The position numbers and the translations under genes were made by a program. From Lingula anatina (lineage: Eukaryota > Animalia > Brachiopoda), in NCBI GenBank assembly GCA_051362555.1, contig CM120641.1, positions 23,938,401-24,002,400 on the forward strand: 64,000 nt of DNA, written 5' to 3'. The notes under the pieces are model-generated. The model did no database searches. It was not told the DNA's origin and saw nothing but the letters and a program-made list of their open reading frames with translations. Below, one piece after another: positions 51,801 to 64,000 of this stretch. The number at the start of each line of letters is the position of its first letter. Position 1 is the stretch's first letter.

Positions 51801-54800
51801 TATTGAAGAAAAAAAATTTTCATCCCTACCTGGCCAAAATTGAAGAAAACTGCCAAACCCGGACCTTACGAAAATCACTCAAAATCACCCAAAAAAGACC
51901 CGTCACAAATTTTTCCAAAATGAAAATCAATTTACCACACCTATCATTCATAAAAAATGTGGAAATGCGCCCGGATCACTACATTAAAGCCCCCAATTTC
52001 AGCTTTAAAGATTGCCAGAAAGCACACCTGAGAACAGGATTTGGCGGGGGGGGGGGGGGTGGAGAGAGTTTTTGCTCTATTTCTTCCTTACTAATGATAC
52101 AACCACTCTTTCAGTACTTTACCCTCACTACAAATGACCAAACACACCTACCTGACACAATATTGAAGAAAAAAATTTTTCATCCCTACCTGGCCAAAAT
52201 TGAAGAAAACTGCCATATCCGGACCTTACGAAAATCACTCAAATTCACCCAAAAATGACCCGTCACCAATTTTTCCAAAAAGTGATAAAAATCAATTTAC
52301 CACACCTATCATTCATAAAAAATGTGGAAACGCGCCCGGATCACTACATTAAAGCCCCCAATTTCAGCTTTAAAGATTGCAAGAAAGCACACCTGAGAAC
52401 AGGATTTGGAGAGGGGGGGGGGTGGAGAGAGTTTTTGCTCTATTTCTTCCTTAATAATGATACAACCACTCTTTCAGTACTTTACCCTCACTACAAATGA
52501 CCAAACACACCTACCTGACACAATATTGAAGAAAAAAATTTTTCATCCCTACCTGGCCAAAATTGAAGAAAACTGCCATATCCGGACCTTACGAAAATCA
52601 CTCAAAATCACCCAAAAATGACCCGTCACCAATTTTTCCAAAAAGTGATGAAAATCAATTTACCAGACCTATCATTCATAAAAAATGTGGAAACGCGCCC
52701 GGATCACTACATTAAAGCCCCCAATTTCAGCTTTAAAGATTGCCAGAAAGCACACCTGAGAACAGGATTTGGAGGGGGGGGGGGGTGGAGAGAGTTTTTG
52801 CTCTATTTCTTCCTTAATAATGATACAACCACTCTTTCAGTACTTTACCCTCACTACAAATGACCAAACACACCTACCTGACACAATATTGAAGAAAAAA
52901 ATTTTTCATCCGTACCTGGCCAAAATTGAAGAAAACTGCCATATCCGGACCTTACGAAAATCACTCAAATTCACCCAAAAATGACCCGTCACCAATTTTT
53001 CCAAAAAGTGATGAAAATCAATTTACCACACCTATCATTCATAAAAAATGTGGAAACGCGCCCGGATCACTACATTAAAGCCCCCAATTTCAGCTTTAAA
53101 GATTGCAAGAAAGCACACCTGAGAACAGGATTTGGAGAGGGGGGGGGGGTGGAGAGAGTTTTTGCTCTATTTCTTCCTTAATAATGATACAACCACTCTT
53201 TCTATACTTTACCCTCACTACAAATGACCAAACACACCTACCTGACACAATATTGAAGAAAAAAATTTTTCATCCCTACCTGGCCAAAATTGAAGAAAAC
53301 TGCCATATCCGGACCTTACGAAAATCACTCAAAATCACCCAAAAATGACCCGTCACCAATTTTTCCAAAAAGTGATGAAAATCAATTTACCACACCTATC
53401 ATTCATAAAAAATGTGGAAACGTGCCCAGATAACTTCATTAAAGCCCCCAATTTCAGCTTTAAAGATTGCCAGAAAGCACACCTGAGAACAGGATTTGGA
53501 GAGGGGGGGTGGAGAGAGTTTTTGCTCTATTTCTTCCTTAATAATGATACAACCACTCTTTCAGTACTTTACCCTCACTACAAATGACCAAACACACCTA
53601 CCTGACACAATGTTGAAGAAAAAAATTTTTCATCCCTACCTGGCCAAAATTGAAGAAAACTGCCATATCCGGACCTTACGAAAATCACTCAAAATCACCC
53701 AAAAATGACCCGTCAAAAATTTTTCCAAAAAGTTATGAAAATCAATTTACCACACCTATCATTCATAAAAAATGTGGAAACGCGCCCGGATCACTTCATT
53801 AAAGCCCCCAATTTCAGCTTTAAAGATTGCAAGAAAGCACACCTGAGAACAGGATTTGGAGAGGGGGGGGTGGAGAGAGTTTTTGCTCTATTTCTTCCTT
53901 AATAATGATACAACCACTCTTTCAGTACTTTACCCTCACTACAAATGACCAAACACACCTACCTGACACAATATTGAAGAAAAAAATTTTCATCCCTACC
54001 TGGCCAAAATTGAAGAAAACTGCCATATCCGGACCTTACGAAAATCACTCAAAATCACCCAAAAATGACCCATCACAAATTTTTCCAAAAAAGGATGAAA
54101 ATCAATTTACCACACCTATCATTCATAAAAAATGTGGAAACGGGCCCGGATCACTACATTAAAGCCTTCAATTTCAGCTTTAAAGATTGCAAGAAAGCAC
54201 ACCTGAGAACAGGATTTGGAGAGGGGGGGGGGTGGAGAAAGATTTTGCTCTATTTCTTCCTTAATAATGATACAACCACTCTTTCAGTACCTTACCCTCA
54301 CTACAAATGACCAAACACACCTACCTGACACAATATTGAAGAAAAAAAATTTTCATCCCTACCTGGCCAAAATTGAAGAAAACTGCCAAACCCGGACCTT
54401 ACGAAAATCACTCAAAATCACCCAAAAATGACCCGTCACCAATTTTTCCAAAAAGTGATGAAAATCAATTTACCACACCTATCATTCATAAAAAATGTGG
54501 AAACGCACCCGGATCACTTCATTAAAGCCCCCAATTTCAGCTTTAAAGATTGCCAGAAAGCACACCTGAGAACAGGATTTGGAGAGTGGGGGGGTGGAGA
54601 GAGTTTTTGCTCTATTTCTTCCTTACTAATGATACAACCACTCTTTCAGTACTTTACCCTCACTACAAATGACCAAACACACCTACCTGACACAATATTG
54701 AAGAAAAAAATTTTCATCCCTACCTGGCCAAAATTGAAGAAAACTGCCATATCCGGACCTTACGAAAATCACTCAAATTCACCCAAAAATGACCCGTCAC

Positions 54801-57800
54801 CAATTTTTCCAAAAAGTGATGAAAATCAATTTACCACACCTATCATTCATAAAAAATGTGGAAACCCGCCCGGATCACTACATTAAAGCCCCCAATTTCA
54901 GCTTTAAAGATTGCAAGAAAGCACACCTGAGAACAGGATTTGGAGAGGGGGGGGGTGGAGAGAGTTTTTGATCTATTTCTTCCTTAATAATGATACAACC
55001 ACTCTTTCAGTACTTTACCCTCACTACAAATGACCAAACACACCTACCTGACACAATATTGAAGAAAAAAAATTTTCATCCCTACCTGGCCAAAATTGAA
55101 GAAAACTGCCATATCCGGACCTTACGAAAATCACTCAAAATCAACCAAAAATGACCCGTCACCAATTTTTCCAAAAAGTGATGAAAATCAATTTACCACA
55201 CCTATCATTCATAAAAAATGTGGAAACGTGCCCAGATAACTTCATTAAAGCCCCCAATTTCAGCTTTAAAGATTGTCAGAAAGCACACCTGAGAACAGGA
55301 TTTGGAGAGGGGGGGGGGTGGAGAAAGATTTTGCTCTATTTCTTCCTTAATAATGATACAACCACTCTTTCAGTACCTTACCCTCACTACAAATGACCAA
55401 ACACACCTACCTGACACAATATTGAAGAAAAAAATTTTTCATCCCTACCTGGCCAAAATTGAAGAAAACTGCCAAACCCGGACCTTACGAAAATCACTCA
55501 AAATCACCCAAAAATGATCCGTCACAAATTTTTCCAAAAAGTTATGAAAATCAATTAACCACACCTATCATTCATAAAAAATGTGGAAACGCGCCCGGAT
55601 CACTACATTAAAGCCCCCAATTTCAGCTTTAAAGATTGCAAGAAAGCACACCTGAGAACAGGATTTGGAGAGGGGGGGGTGGAGAGAGTTTTTGCTCTAT
55701 TTCTTCCTTAATAATGATACAACCACTCTTTCAGTACTTTACCCTCACTACAAATGACCAAACACACCTACCTGACACAATATTGAAGAAAAAAAATTTT
55801 CATCCCTACCTGGCCAAAATTGAAGAAAACTGCCATATCCGGACCTTACGAAAATCACTCAAATTCACCCAAAAATGACCCGTCACCAATTTTTCCAAAA
55901 AGTGATGAAAATCAATTTACCACACCTATCATTCATAAAAAATGTGGAAACGCGCCCGGATCACTACATTAAAGCCCCCAATTTCAGCTTTAAAGATTGC
56001 AAGAAAGCACACCTGAGAACAGGATTTGGAGAGGGGGGGGTGGAGAGAGTTTTTGCTCTATTTCTTCCTTAATAATGATACAACCACTCTTTCAGTACTT
56101 TACCCTCACTACAAATGACCAAACACACCTACCTGACACAATATTGAAGAAAAAAAATTTTCATCCCTACCTGGCCAAAATTGAAGAAAACTGCCATATC
56201 CGGACCTTACGAAAATCACTCAAATTCACCCAAAAATGACCCGTCACCAATTTTTCCAAAAAGTGATGAAAATCAATTTACCACACCTATCATTCATAAA
56301 AAATGTGGAAACGCGCCCGGATCACTACATTAAAGCCTCCAATTTCAGCTTTAAAGATTGCAAGAAAGCACACCTGAGAACAGGATTTGGAGAGGGGGGG
56401 GGTGGAGAAAGATTTTGCTCTATTTCTTCCTTAATAATGATACAACCACTCTTTCAGTACCTTACCCTCACTACAAATGACCAAACACACCTACCTGACA
56501 CAATATTGAAGAAAAAAATTTTTCATCCCTACCTGGCCAAAATTGAAGAAAACTGCCATATCCGGACCTTACGAAAATCACTCAAAATCACCCAAAAATG
56601 ACCCGTCACCAATTTTTCCAAAAAGTGATGAAAATCAATTTACCACACCTATCATTCATAAAAAATGTGGAAACGCGCCCGGATCACTACATTAAAGCCC
56701 CCAATTTCAGCTTTAAAGATTGCCAGAAAGCACACCTGAGAACAGGATTTGGAGGGGGGGGGGGTGGAGAGAGTTTTTGCTCTATTTCTTCCTTACTAAT
56801 GATACAACCACTCTTTCAGTACTTTACCCTCACTACAAATGACCAAACACACCTACCTGACACAATGTTGAAGAAAAAAATTTTTCATCCCTACCTGGCC
56901 AAAATTGAAGAAAACTGCCATATCCGGACCTTACGAAAATCACTCAAATTCACCCAAAAATGACCCGTCACCAATTTTTCCAAAAAGTGATAAAAATCAA
57001 TTTACCACACCTATCATTCATAAAAAATGTGGAAACGCGCCCGGATCACTACATTAAAGCCCCCAATTTCAGCTTTAAAGATTGCAAGAAAGCACACCTG
57101 AGAACAGGATTTGGAGAGGGGGGGGGTGGAGAGAGTTTTTGCTCTATTTCTTCCTTAATAATGATACAACCACTCTTTCAGTACTTTACCCTCACTACAA
57201 ATGACCAAACACACCTACCTGACACAATATTGAAGAAAAAAAATTTTCATCCCTACCTGGCCAAAATTGAAGAAAACTGCCATATCCGGACCTTACGAAA
57301 ATCACTCAAATTCACCCAAAAATGACCCGTCACCAATTTTTCCAAAAAGTGATGAAAATCAATTTACCACACCTATCATTCATAAAAAATGTGGAAACGC
57401 GCCCGGATCACTACATTAAAGCCTCCAATTTCAGCTTTAAAGATTGCAAGAAAGCACACCTGAGAACAGGATTTGGAGAGGGGGGGGGGTGGAGAAAGAT
57501 TTTGCTCTATTTCTTCCTTAATAATGATACAACCACTCTTTCAGTACCTTACCCTCACTACAAATGACCAAACACACGTACCTGACACAATATTGAAGAA
57601 AAAAATTTTTCATCCCTACCTGGCCAAAATTGAAGAAAACTGCCAAACCCGGACCTTACGAAAATCACTCAAAATCACCCAAAAAAGACCCGTCACAAAT
57701 TTTTCCAAAATGAAAATCAATTTACCACACCTATCATTCATAAAAAATGTGGAAATGCGCCCGGATCACTACATTAAAGCCCCCAATTTCAGCTTTAAAG

Positions 57801-60800
57801 ATTGCCAGAAAGCACACCTGAGAACAGGATTTGGAGGGGGGGGGGGGGTGGAGAGAGTTTTTGCTCTATTTCTTCCTTACTAATGATACAACCACTCTTT
57901 CAGTACTTTACCCTCACTACAAATGACCAAACACACCTACCTGACACAATATTGAAGAAAAAAATTTTTCATCCCTACCTGGCCAAAATTGAAGAAAACT
58001 GCCATATCCGGACCTTACGAAAATCACTCAAATTCACCCAAAAATGACCCGTCACCAATTTTTCCAAAAAGTGATAAAAATCAATTTACCACACCTATCA
58101 TTCATAAAAAATGTGGAAACGCGCCCGGATCACTACATTAAAGCCCCCAATTTCAGCTTTAAAGATTGCAAGAAAGCACACCTGAGAACAGGATTTGGAG
58201 AGGGGGGGGGTGGAGAGAGTTTTTGCTCTATTTCTTCCTTAATAATGATACAACCACTCTTTCAGTACTTTACCCTCACTACAAATGACCAAACACACCT
58301 ACCTGACACAATATTGAAGAAAAAAAATTTTCATCCCTACCTGGCCAAAATTGAAGAAAACTGCCATATCCGGACCTTACGAAAATCACTCAAAATCACC
58401 CAAAAATGACCCGTCACCAATTTTTCCAAAAAGTGATGAAAATCAATTTACCACACCTATCATTCATAAAAAATGTGGAAACGCGCCCGGATCACTACAT
58501 TAAAGCCCCCAATTTCAGCTTTAAAGATTGCCAGAAAGCACACCTGAGAACAGGATTTGGAGGGGGGGGGGGGGTGGAGAGAGTTTTTGCTCTATTTCTT
58601 CCTTAATAATGATACAACCACTCTTTCAGTACTTTACCCTCACTACAAATGACCAAACACACCTACCTGACACAATATTGAAGAAAAAAATTTTTCATCC
58701 GTACCTGGCCAAAATTGAAGAAAACTGCCATATCCGGACCTTACGAAAATCACTCAAATTCACCCAAAAATGACCCGTCACCAATTTTTCCAAAAAGTGA
58801 TGAAAATCAATTTACCACACCTATCATTCATAAAAAATGTGGAAACGCGCCCGGATCACTACATTAAAGCCCCCAATTTCAGCTTTAAAGATTGCAAGAA
58901 AGCACACCTGAGAACAGGATTTGGAGAGGGGGGGGGGTGGAGAGAGTTTTTGCTCTATTTCTTCCTTAATAATGATACAACCACTCTTTCTATACTTTAC
59001 CCTCACTACAAATGACCAAACACACCTACCTGACACAATATTGAAGAAAAAAATTTTTCATCCCTACCTGGCCAAAATTGAAGAAAACTGCCATATCCGG
59101 ACCTTACGAAAATCACTCAAAATCACCCAAAAATGACCCGTCACCAATTTTTCCAAAAAGTGATGAAAATCAATTTACCACACCTATCATTCATAAAAAA
59201 TGTGGAAACGTGCCCAGATAACTTCATTAAAGCCCCCAATTTCAGCTTTAAAGATTGCCAGAAAGCACACCTGAGAACAGGATTTGGAGAGGGGGGGTTG
59301 AGAGAGTTTTTGCTCTATTTCTTCCTTAATAATGATACAACCACTCTTTCAGTACTTTACCCTCACTACAAATGACCAAACACACCTACCTGACACAATG
59401 TTGAAGAAAAAAATTTTTCATCCCTACCTGGCCAAAATTGAAGAAAACTGCCATATCCGGACCTTACGAAAATCACTCAAAATCACCCAAAAATGACCCG
59501 TCAAAAATTTTTCCAAAAAGTTATGAAAATCAATTTACCACACCTATCATTCATAAAAAATGTGGAAACGCGCCCGGATCACTTCATTAAAGCCCCCAAT
59601 TTCAGCTTTAAAGATTGCAAGAAAGCACACCTGAGAACAGGATTTGGAGAGGGGGGGGTGGAGAGAGTTTTTGCTCTATTTCTTCCTTAATAATGATACA
59701 ACCACTCTTTCAGTACTTTACCCTCACTACAAATGACCAAACACACCTACCTGACACAATATTGAAGAAAAAAATTTTCATCCCTACCTGGCCAAAATTG
59801 AAGAAAACTGCCAAATCCGGACCTTACGAAAATCACTCAAAATCACCCAAAAATGACCCATCACAAATTTTTCCAAAAAAGGATGAAAATCAATTTACCA
59901 CACCTATCATTCATAAAAAATGTGGAAACGGGCCCGGATCACTACATTAAAGCCTTCAATTTCAGCTTTAAAGATTGCAAGAAAGCACACCTGAGAACAG
60001 GATTTGGAGAGGGGGGGGGGTGGAGAAAGATTTTGCTCTATTTCTTCCTTAATAATGATACAACCACTCTTTCAGTACCTTACCCTCACTACAAATGACC
60101 AAACACACCTACCTGACACAATATTGAAGAAAAAAAATTTTCATCCCTACCTGGCCAAAATTGAAGAAAACTGCCAAACCCGGACCTTACGAAAATCACT
60201 CAAAATCACCCAAAAATGACCCGTCACCAATTTTTCCAAAAAGTGATGAAAATCAATTTACCACACCTATCATTCATAAAAAATGTGGAAACGCACCCGG
60301 ATCACTTCATTAAAGCCCCCAATTTCAGCTTTAAAGATTGCCAGAAAGCACACCTGAGAACAGGATTTGGAGAGTGGGGGGGTGGAGAGAGTTTTTGCTC
60401 TATTTCTTCCTTACTAATGATACAACCACTCTTTCAGTACTTTACCCTCACTACAAATGACCAAACACACCTACCTGACACAATATTGAAGAAAAAAATT
60501 TTCATCCCTACCTGGCCAAAATTGAAGAAAACTGCCATATCCGGACCTTACGAAAATCACTCAAATTCACCCAAAAATGACCCGTCACCAATTTTTCCAA
60601 AAAGTGATGAAAATCAATTTACCACACCTATCATTCATAAAAAATGTGGAAACCCGCCCGGATCACTACATTAAAGCCCCCAATTTCAGCTTTAAAGATT
60701 GCAAGAAAGCACACCTGAGAACAGGATTTGGAGAGGGGGGGGGGGTGGAGAGAGTTTTTGATCTATTTCTTCCTTAATAATGATACAACCACTCTTTCAG

Positions 60801-63800
60801 TACTTTACCCTCACTACAAATGACCAAACACACCTACCTGACACAATATTGAAGAAAAAAAATTTTCATCCCTACCTGGCCAAAATTGAAGAAAACTGCC
60901 ATATCCGGACCTTACGAAAATCACTCAAAATCAACCAAAAATGACCCGTCACCAATTTTTCCAAAAAGTGATGAAAATCAATTTACCACACCTATCATTC
61001 ATAAAAAATGTGGAAACGTGCCCAGATAACTTCATTAAAGCCCCCAATTTCAGCTTTAAAGATTGTCAGAAAGCACACCTGAGAACAGGATTTGGAGAGG
61101 GGGGGGGGTGGAGAAAGATTTTGCTCTATTTCTTCCTTAATAATGATACAACCACTCTTTCAGTACCTTACCCTCACTACAAATGACCAAACACACCTAC
61201 CTGACACAATATTGAAGAAAAAAATTTTTCATCCCTACCTGGCCAAAATTGAAGAAAACTGCCAAACCCGGACCTTACGAAAATCACTCAAAATCACCCA
61301 AAAATGATCCGTCACAAATTTTTCCAAAAAGTTATGAAAATCAATTAACCACACCTATCATTCATAAAAAATGTGGAAACGCGCCCGGATCACTACATTA
61401 AAGCCCCCAATTTCAGCTTTAAAGATTGCAAGAAAGCACACCTGAGAACAGGATTTGGAGAGGGGGGGGTGGAGAGAGTTTTTGCTCTATTTCTTCCTTA
61501 ATAATGATACAACCACTCTTTCAGTACTTTACCCTCACTACAAATGACCAAACACACCTACCTGACACAATATTGAAGAAAAAAAATTTTCATCCCTACC
61601 TGGCCAAAATTGAAGAAAACTGCCATATCCGGACCTTACGAAAATCACTCAAATTCACCCAAAAATGACCCGTCACCAATTTTTCCAAAAAGTGATGAAA
61701 ATCAATTTACCACACCTATCATTCATAAAAAATGTGGAAACGCGCCCGGATCACTACATTAAAGCCCCCAATTTCAGCTTTAAAGATTGCAAGAAAGCAC
61801 ACCTGAGAACAGGATTTGGAGAGGGGGGGGGTGGAGAGAGTTTTTGCTCTATTTCTTCCTTAATAATGATACAACCACTCTTTCAGTACTTTACCCTCAC
61901 TACAAATGACCAAACACACCTACCTGACACAATATTGAAGAAAAAAAATTTTCATCCCTACCTGGCCAAAATTGAAGAAAACTGCCATATCCGGACCTTA
62001 CGAAAATCACTCAAATTCACCCAAAAATGACCCGTCACCAATTTTTCCAAAAAGTGATGAAAATCAATTTACCACACCTATCATTCATAAAAAATGTGGA
62101 AACGCGCCCGGATCACTACATTAAAGCCCCCAATTTCAGCTTTAAAGATTGCAAGAAAGCACACCTGAGAACAGGATTTGGAGGGGGGGGTGGAGAGAGT
62201 TTTTGCTCTATTTCTTCCTTAATAATGATACAACCACTCTTTCAGTACTTTACCCTCACTACAAATGACCAAACACACCTACCTGACACAATATTGAAGA
62301 AAAAAATTTTTCATCCCTACCTGGCCAAAATTGAAGAAAACTGCCATATCCGGACCTTACGAAAATCACTCAAAATCACCCAAAAATGACCCGTGACCAA
62401 TTTTTCCAAAAAGTGATGAAAATCAATTTACCACACCTATCATTCATAAAAAATGTGGAAACTTGCCCAGATAACTTCATTAAAGCCCCCAATTTCAGCT
62501 TTAAAGATTGCCAGAAAGCACACCTGAGAACAGGATTTGGAGAGGGGGGGGTGGAGAGAGTTTTTGCTCTATTTCTTCCTTAATAATGATACAACCACTC
62601 TTTCAGTACTTTACCCTCACTACAAATGACCAAACACACCTACCTGACACAATGTTGAAGAAAAAAATTTTTCATCCCTACCTGGCCAAAATTGAAGAAA
62701 ACTGCCATATCCGGACCTTACGAAAATCACTCAAAATCACCCAAAAATGACCCGTGACAAATTTTTCCAAAAAGTTATGAAAATCAATTTACCACACCTA
62801 TCATTCATAAAAAATGTGGAAACGCACCCGGATCACTTCATTAAAGCCCCCAATTTCAGCTTTAAAGATTGCAAGAAAGCACACCTGAGAACAGGATTTG
62901 GAGAGGGGGGGGGGGGTGGAGAGAGTTTTTGCTCTATTTCTTCCTTAATAATGATACAACCACTCTTTCAGTACTTTACCCTCACTACAAATGACCAAAC
63001 ACACCTACCTGACACAATATTGAAGAAAAAAAAATTTTCATCCCTACCTGGCCAAAATTGAAGAAAACTGCCATATCCGGACCTTACGAAAATCACTCAA
63101 AATCACCCAAAAATGACCCGTCACAAATTTTTCCAAAAAGTGATGAAAATCAATTAACCACACCTATCATTCATAAAAAATGTGGAAACGCGCCCGGATC
63201 ACTACATTAAAGCCTCCAATTTCAGCTTTAAAGATTGCAAGAAAGCACACCTGAGAACAGGATTTGGAGAGGGGGGGGGGTGGAGAAAGATTTTGCTCTA
63301 TTTCTTCCTTAATAATGATACAACCACTCTTTCAGTACCTTACCCTCACTACAAATGACCAAACACACGTACCTGACACAATATTGAAGAAAAAAATTTT
63401 TCATCCCTACCTGGCCAAAATTGAAGAAAACTGCCAAACCCGGACCTTACGAAAATCACTCAAAATCACCCAAAAAAGACCCGTCACAAATTTTTCCAAA
63501 ATGAAAATCAATTTACCACACCTATCATTCATAAAAAATGTGGAAATGCGCCCGGATCACTACATTAAAGCCCCCAATTTCAGCTTTGAAAGATTGCCAG
63601 AAAGCACACCTGAGAACAGGATTTGGAGGGGGGGGTGGAGAGAGTTTTTGCTCTATTTCTTCCTTACTAATGATACAACCACTCTTTCAGTACTTTACCC
63701 TCACTACAAATGACCAAACACACCTACCTGACACAATATTGAAGAAAAAAATTTTTCATCCCTACCTGGCCAAAATTGAAGAAAACTGCCATATCCGGAC

Positions 63801-64000
63801 CTTACGAAAATCACTCAAATTCACCCAAAAATGACCCGTCACCAATTTTTCCAAAAAGTGATGAAAATCAATTTACCACACCTATCATTCATAAAAAATG
63901 TGGAAACGCGCCCGGATCACTACATTAAAGCCCCCAATTTCAGCTTTAAAGATTGCAAGAAAGCACACCTGAGAACAGGATTTGGAGAGGGGGGGTGGAG
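36883..64000 (+). repeat. Satellite array segment 3, ~361 bp monomer, ~75 copies
   Basis: The monomer resumes in register at TTAATAAAGATACAACC (36883) and runs off the right edge of the window. Confidence 0.99.
51850..62030 (+). repeat. 16-monomer higher-order repeat, period ~5789 bp, preceded by a 5-mer duplication (50442/52255)
   Basis: Markers GTCAAAAATT, AAAAGGATG, ACGGGCCC, GCCTTCAAT, TTTTGATCT, ATTGTCAGA and AATGATCCG recur at +5788 to +5790. ORF pairs: 53705/59493, 54065/59853, 55151/60941. Confidence 0.92.

Noticed and set aside
1-64000. CRISPR array, or tandem 5S rRNA, tRNA, snRNA or histone gene cluster
   Set aside because: There are no unique spacers or cas genes, and no recognisable RNA-gene or histone sequence in the monomer.

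Overview
This window is eukaryotic satellite DNA, probably centromeric or pericentromeric, with no credible protein-coding or RNA gene. About 94% is one head-to-tail array of a ~361-362 bp monomer (roughly 165 copies, all in the same orientation). The monomers differ by recurrent SNPs and by the length of a poly-G tract, and form nested higher-order repeats of 2, 5, 7, 9, 11, 15 and 16 monomers. Two non-autonomous DNA transposons interrupt the array. The first (5829-8975, 3147 bp) has TGT...ACA ends, a CCGG target duplication, palindromic termini and long foldback arms built from its own ~184 bp repeat; it is Ginger1-like. The second (35916-36882, 967 bp) is a MITE with 34 bp TIRs and a TTA duplication; it is Zator- or PIF/Harbinger-like, and its empty paralogous sites are present in the window. 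The monomer carries a CENP-B-box-like 17-mer on the minus strand (8/9 core matches in one subtype), phased A-tracts and a CpG-deamination signature. The ORF track is a by-product of the repeat. All comparisons were made by eye or from ORF-track offsets, and no database search was possible.
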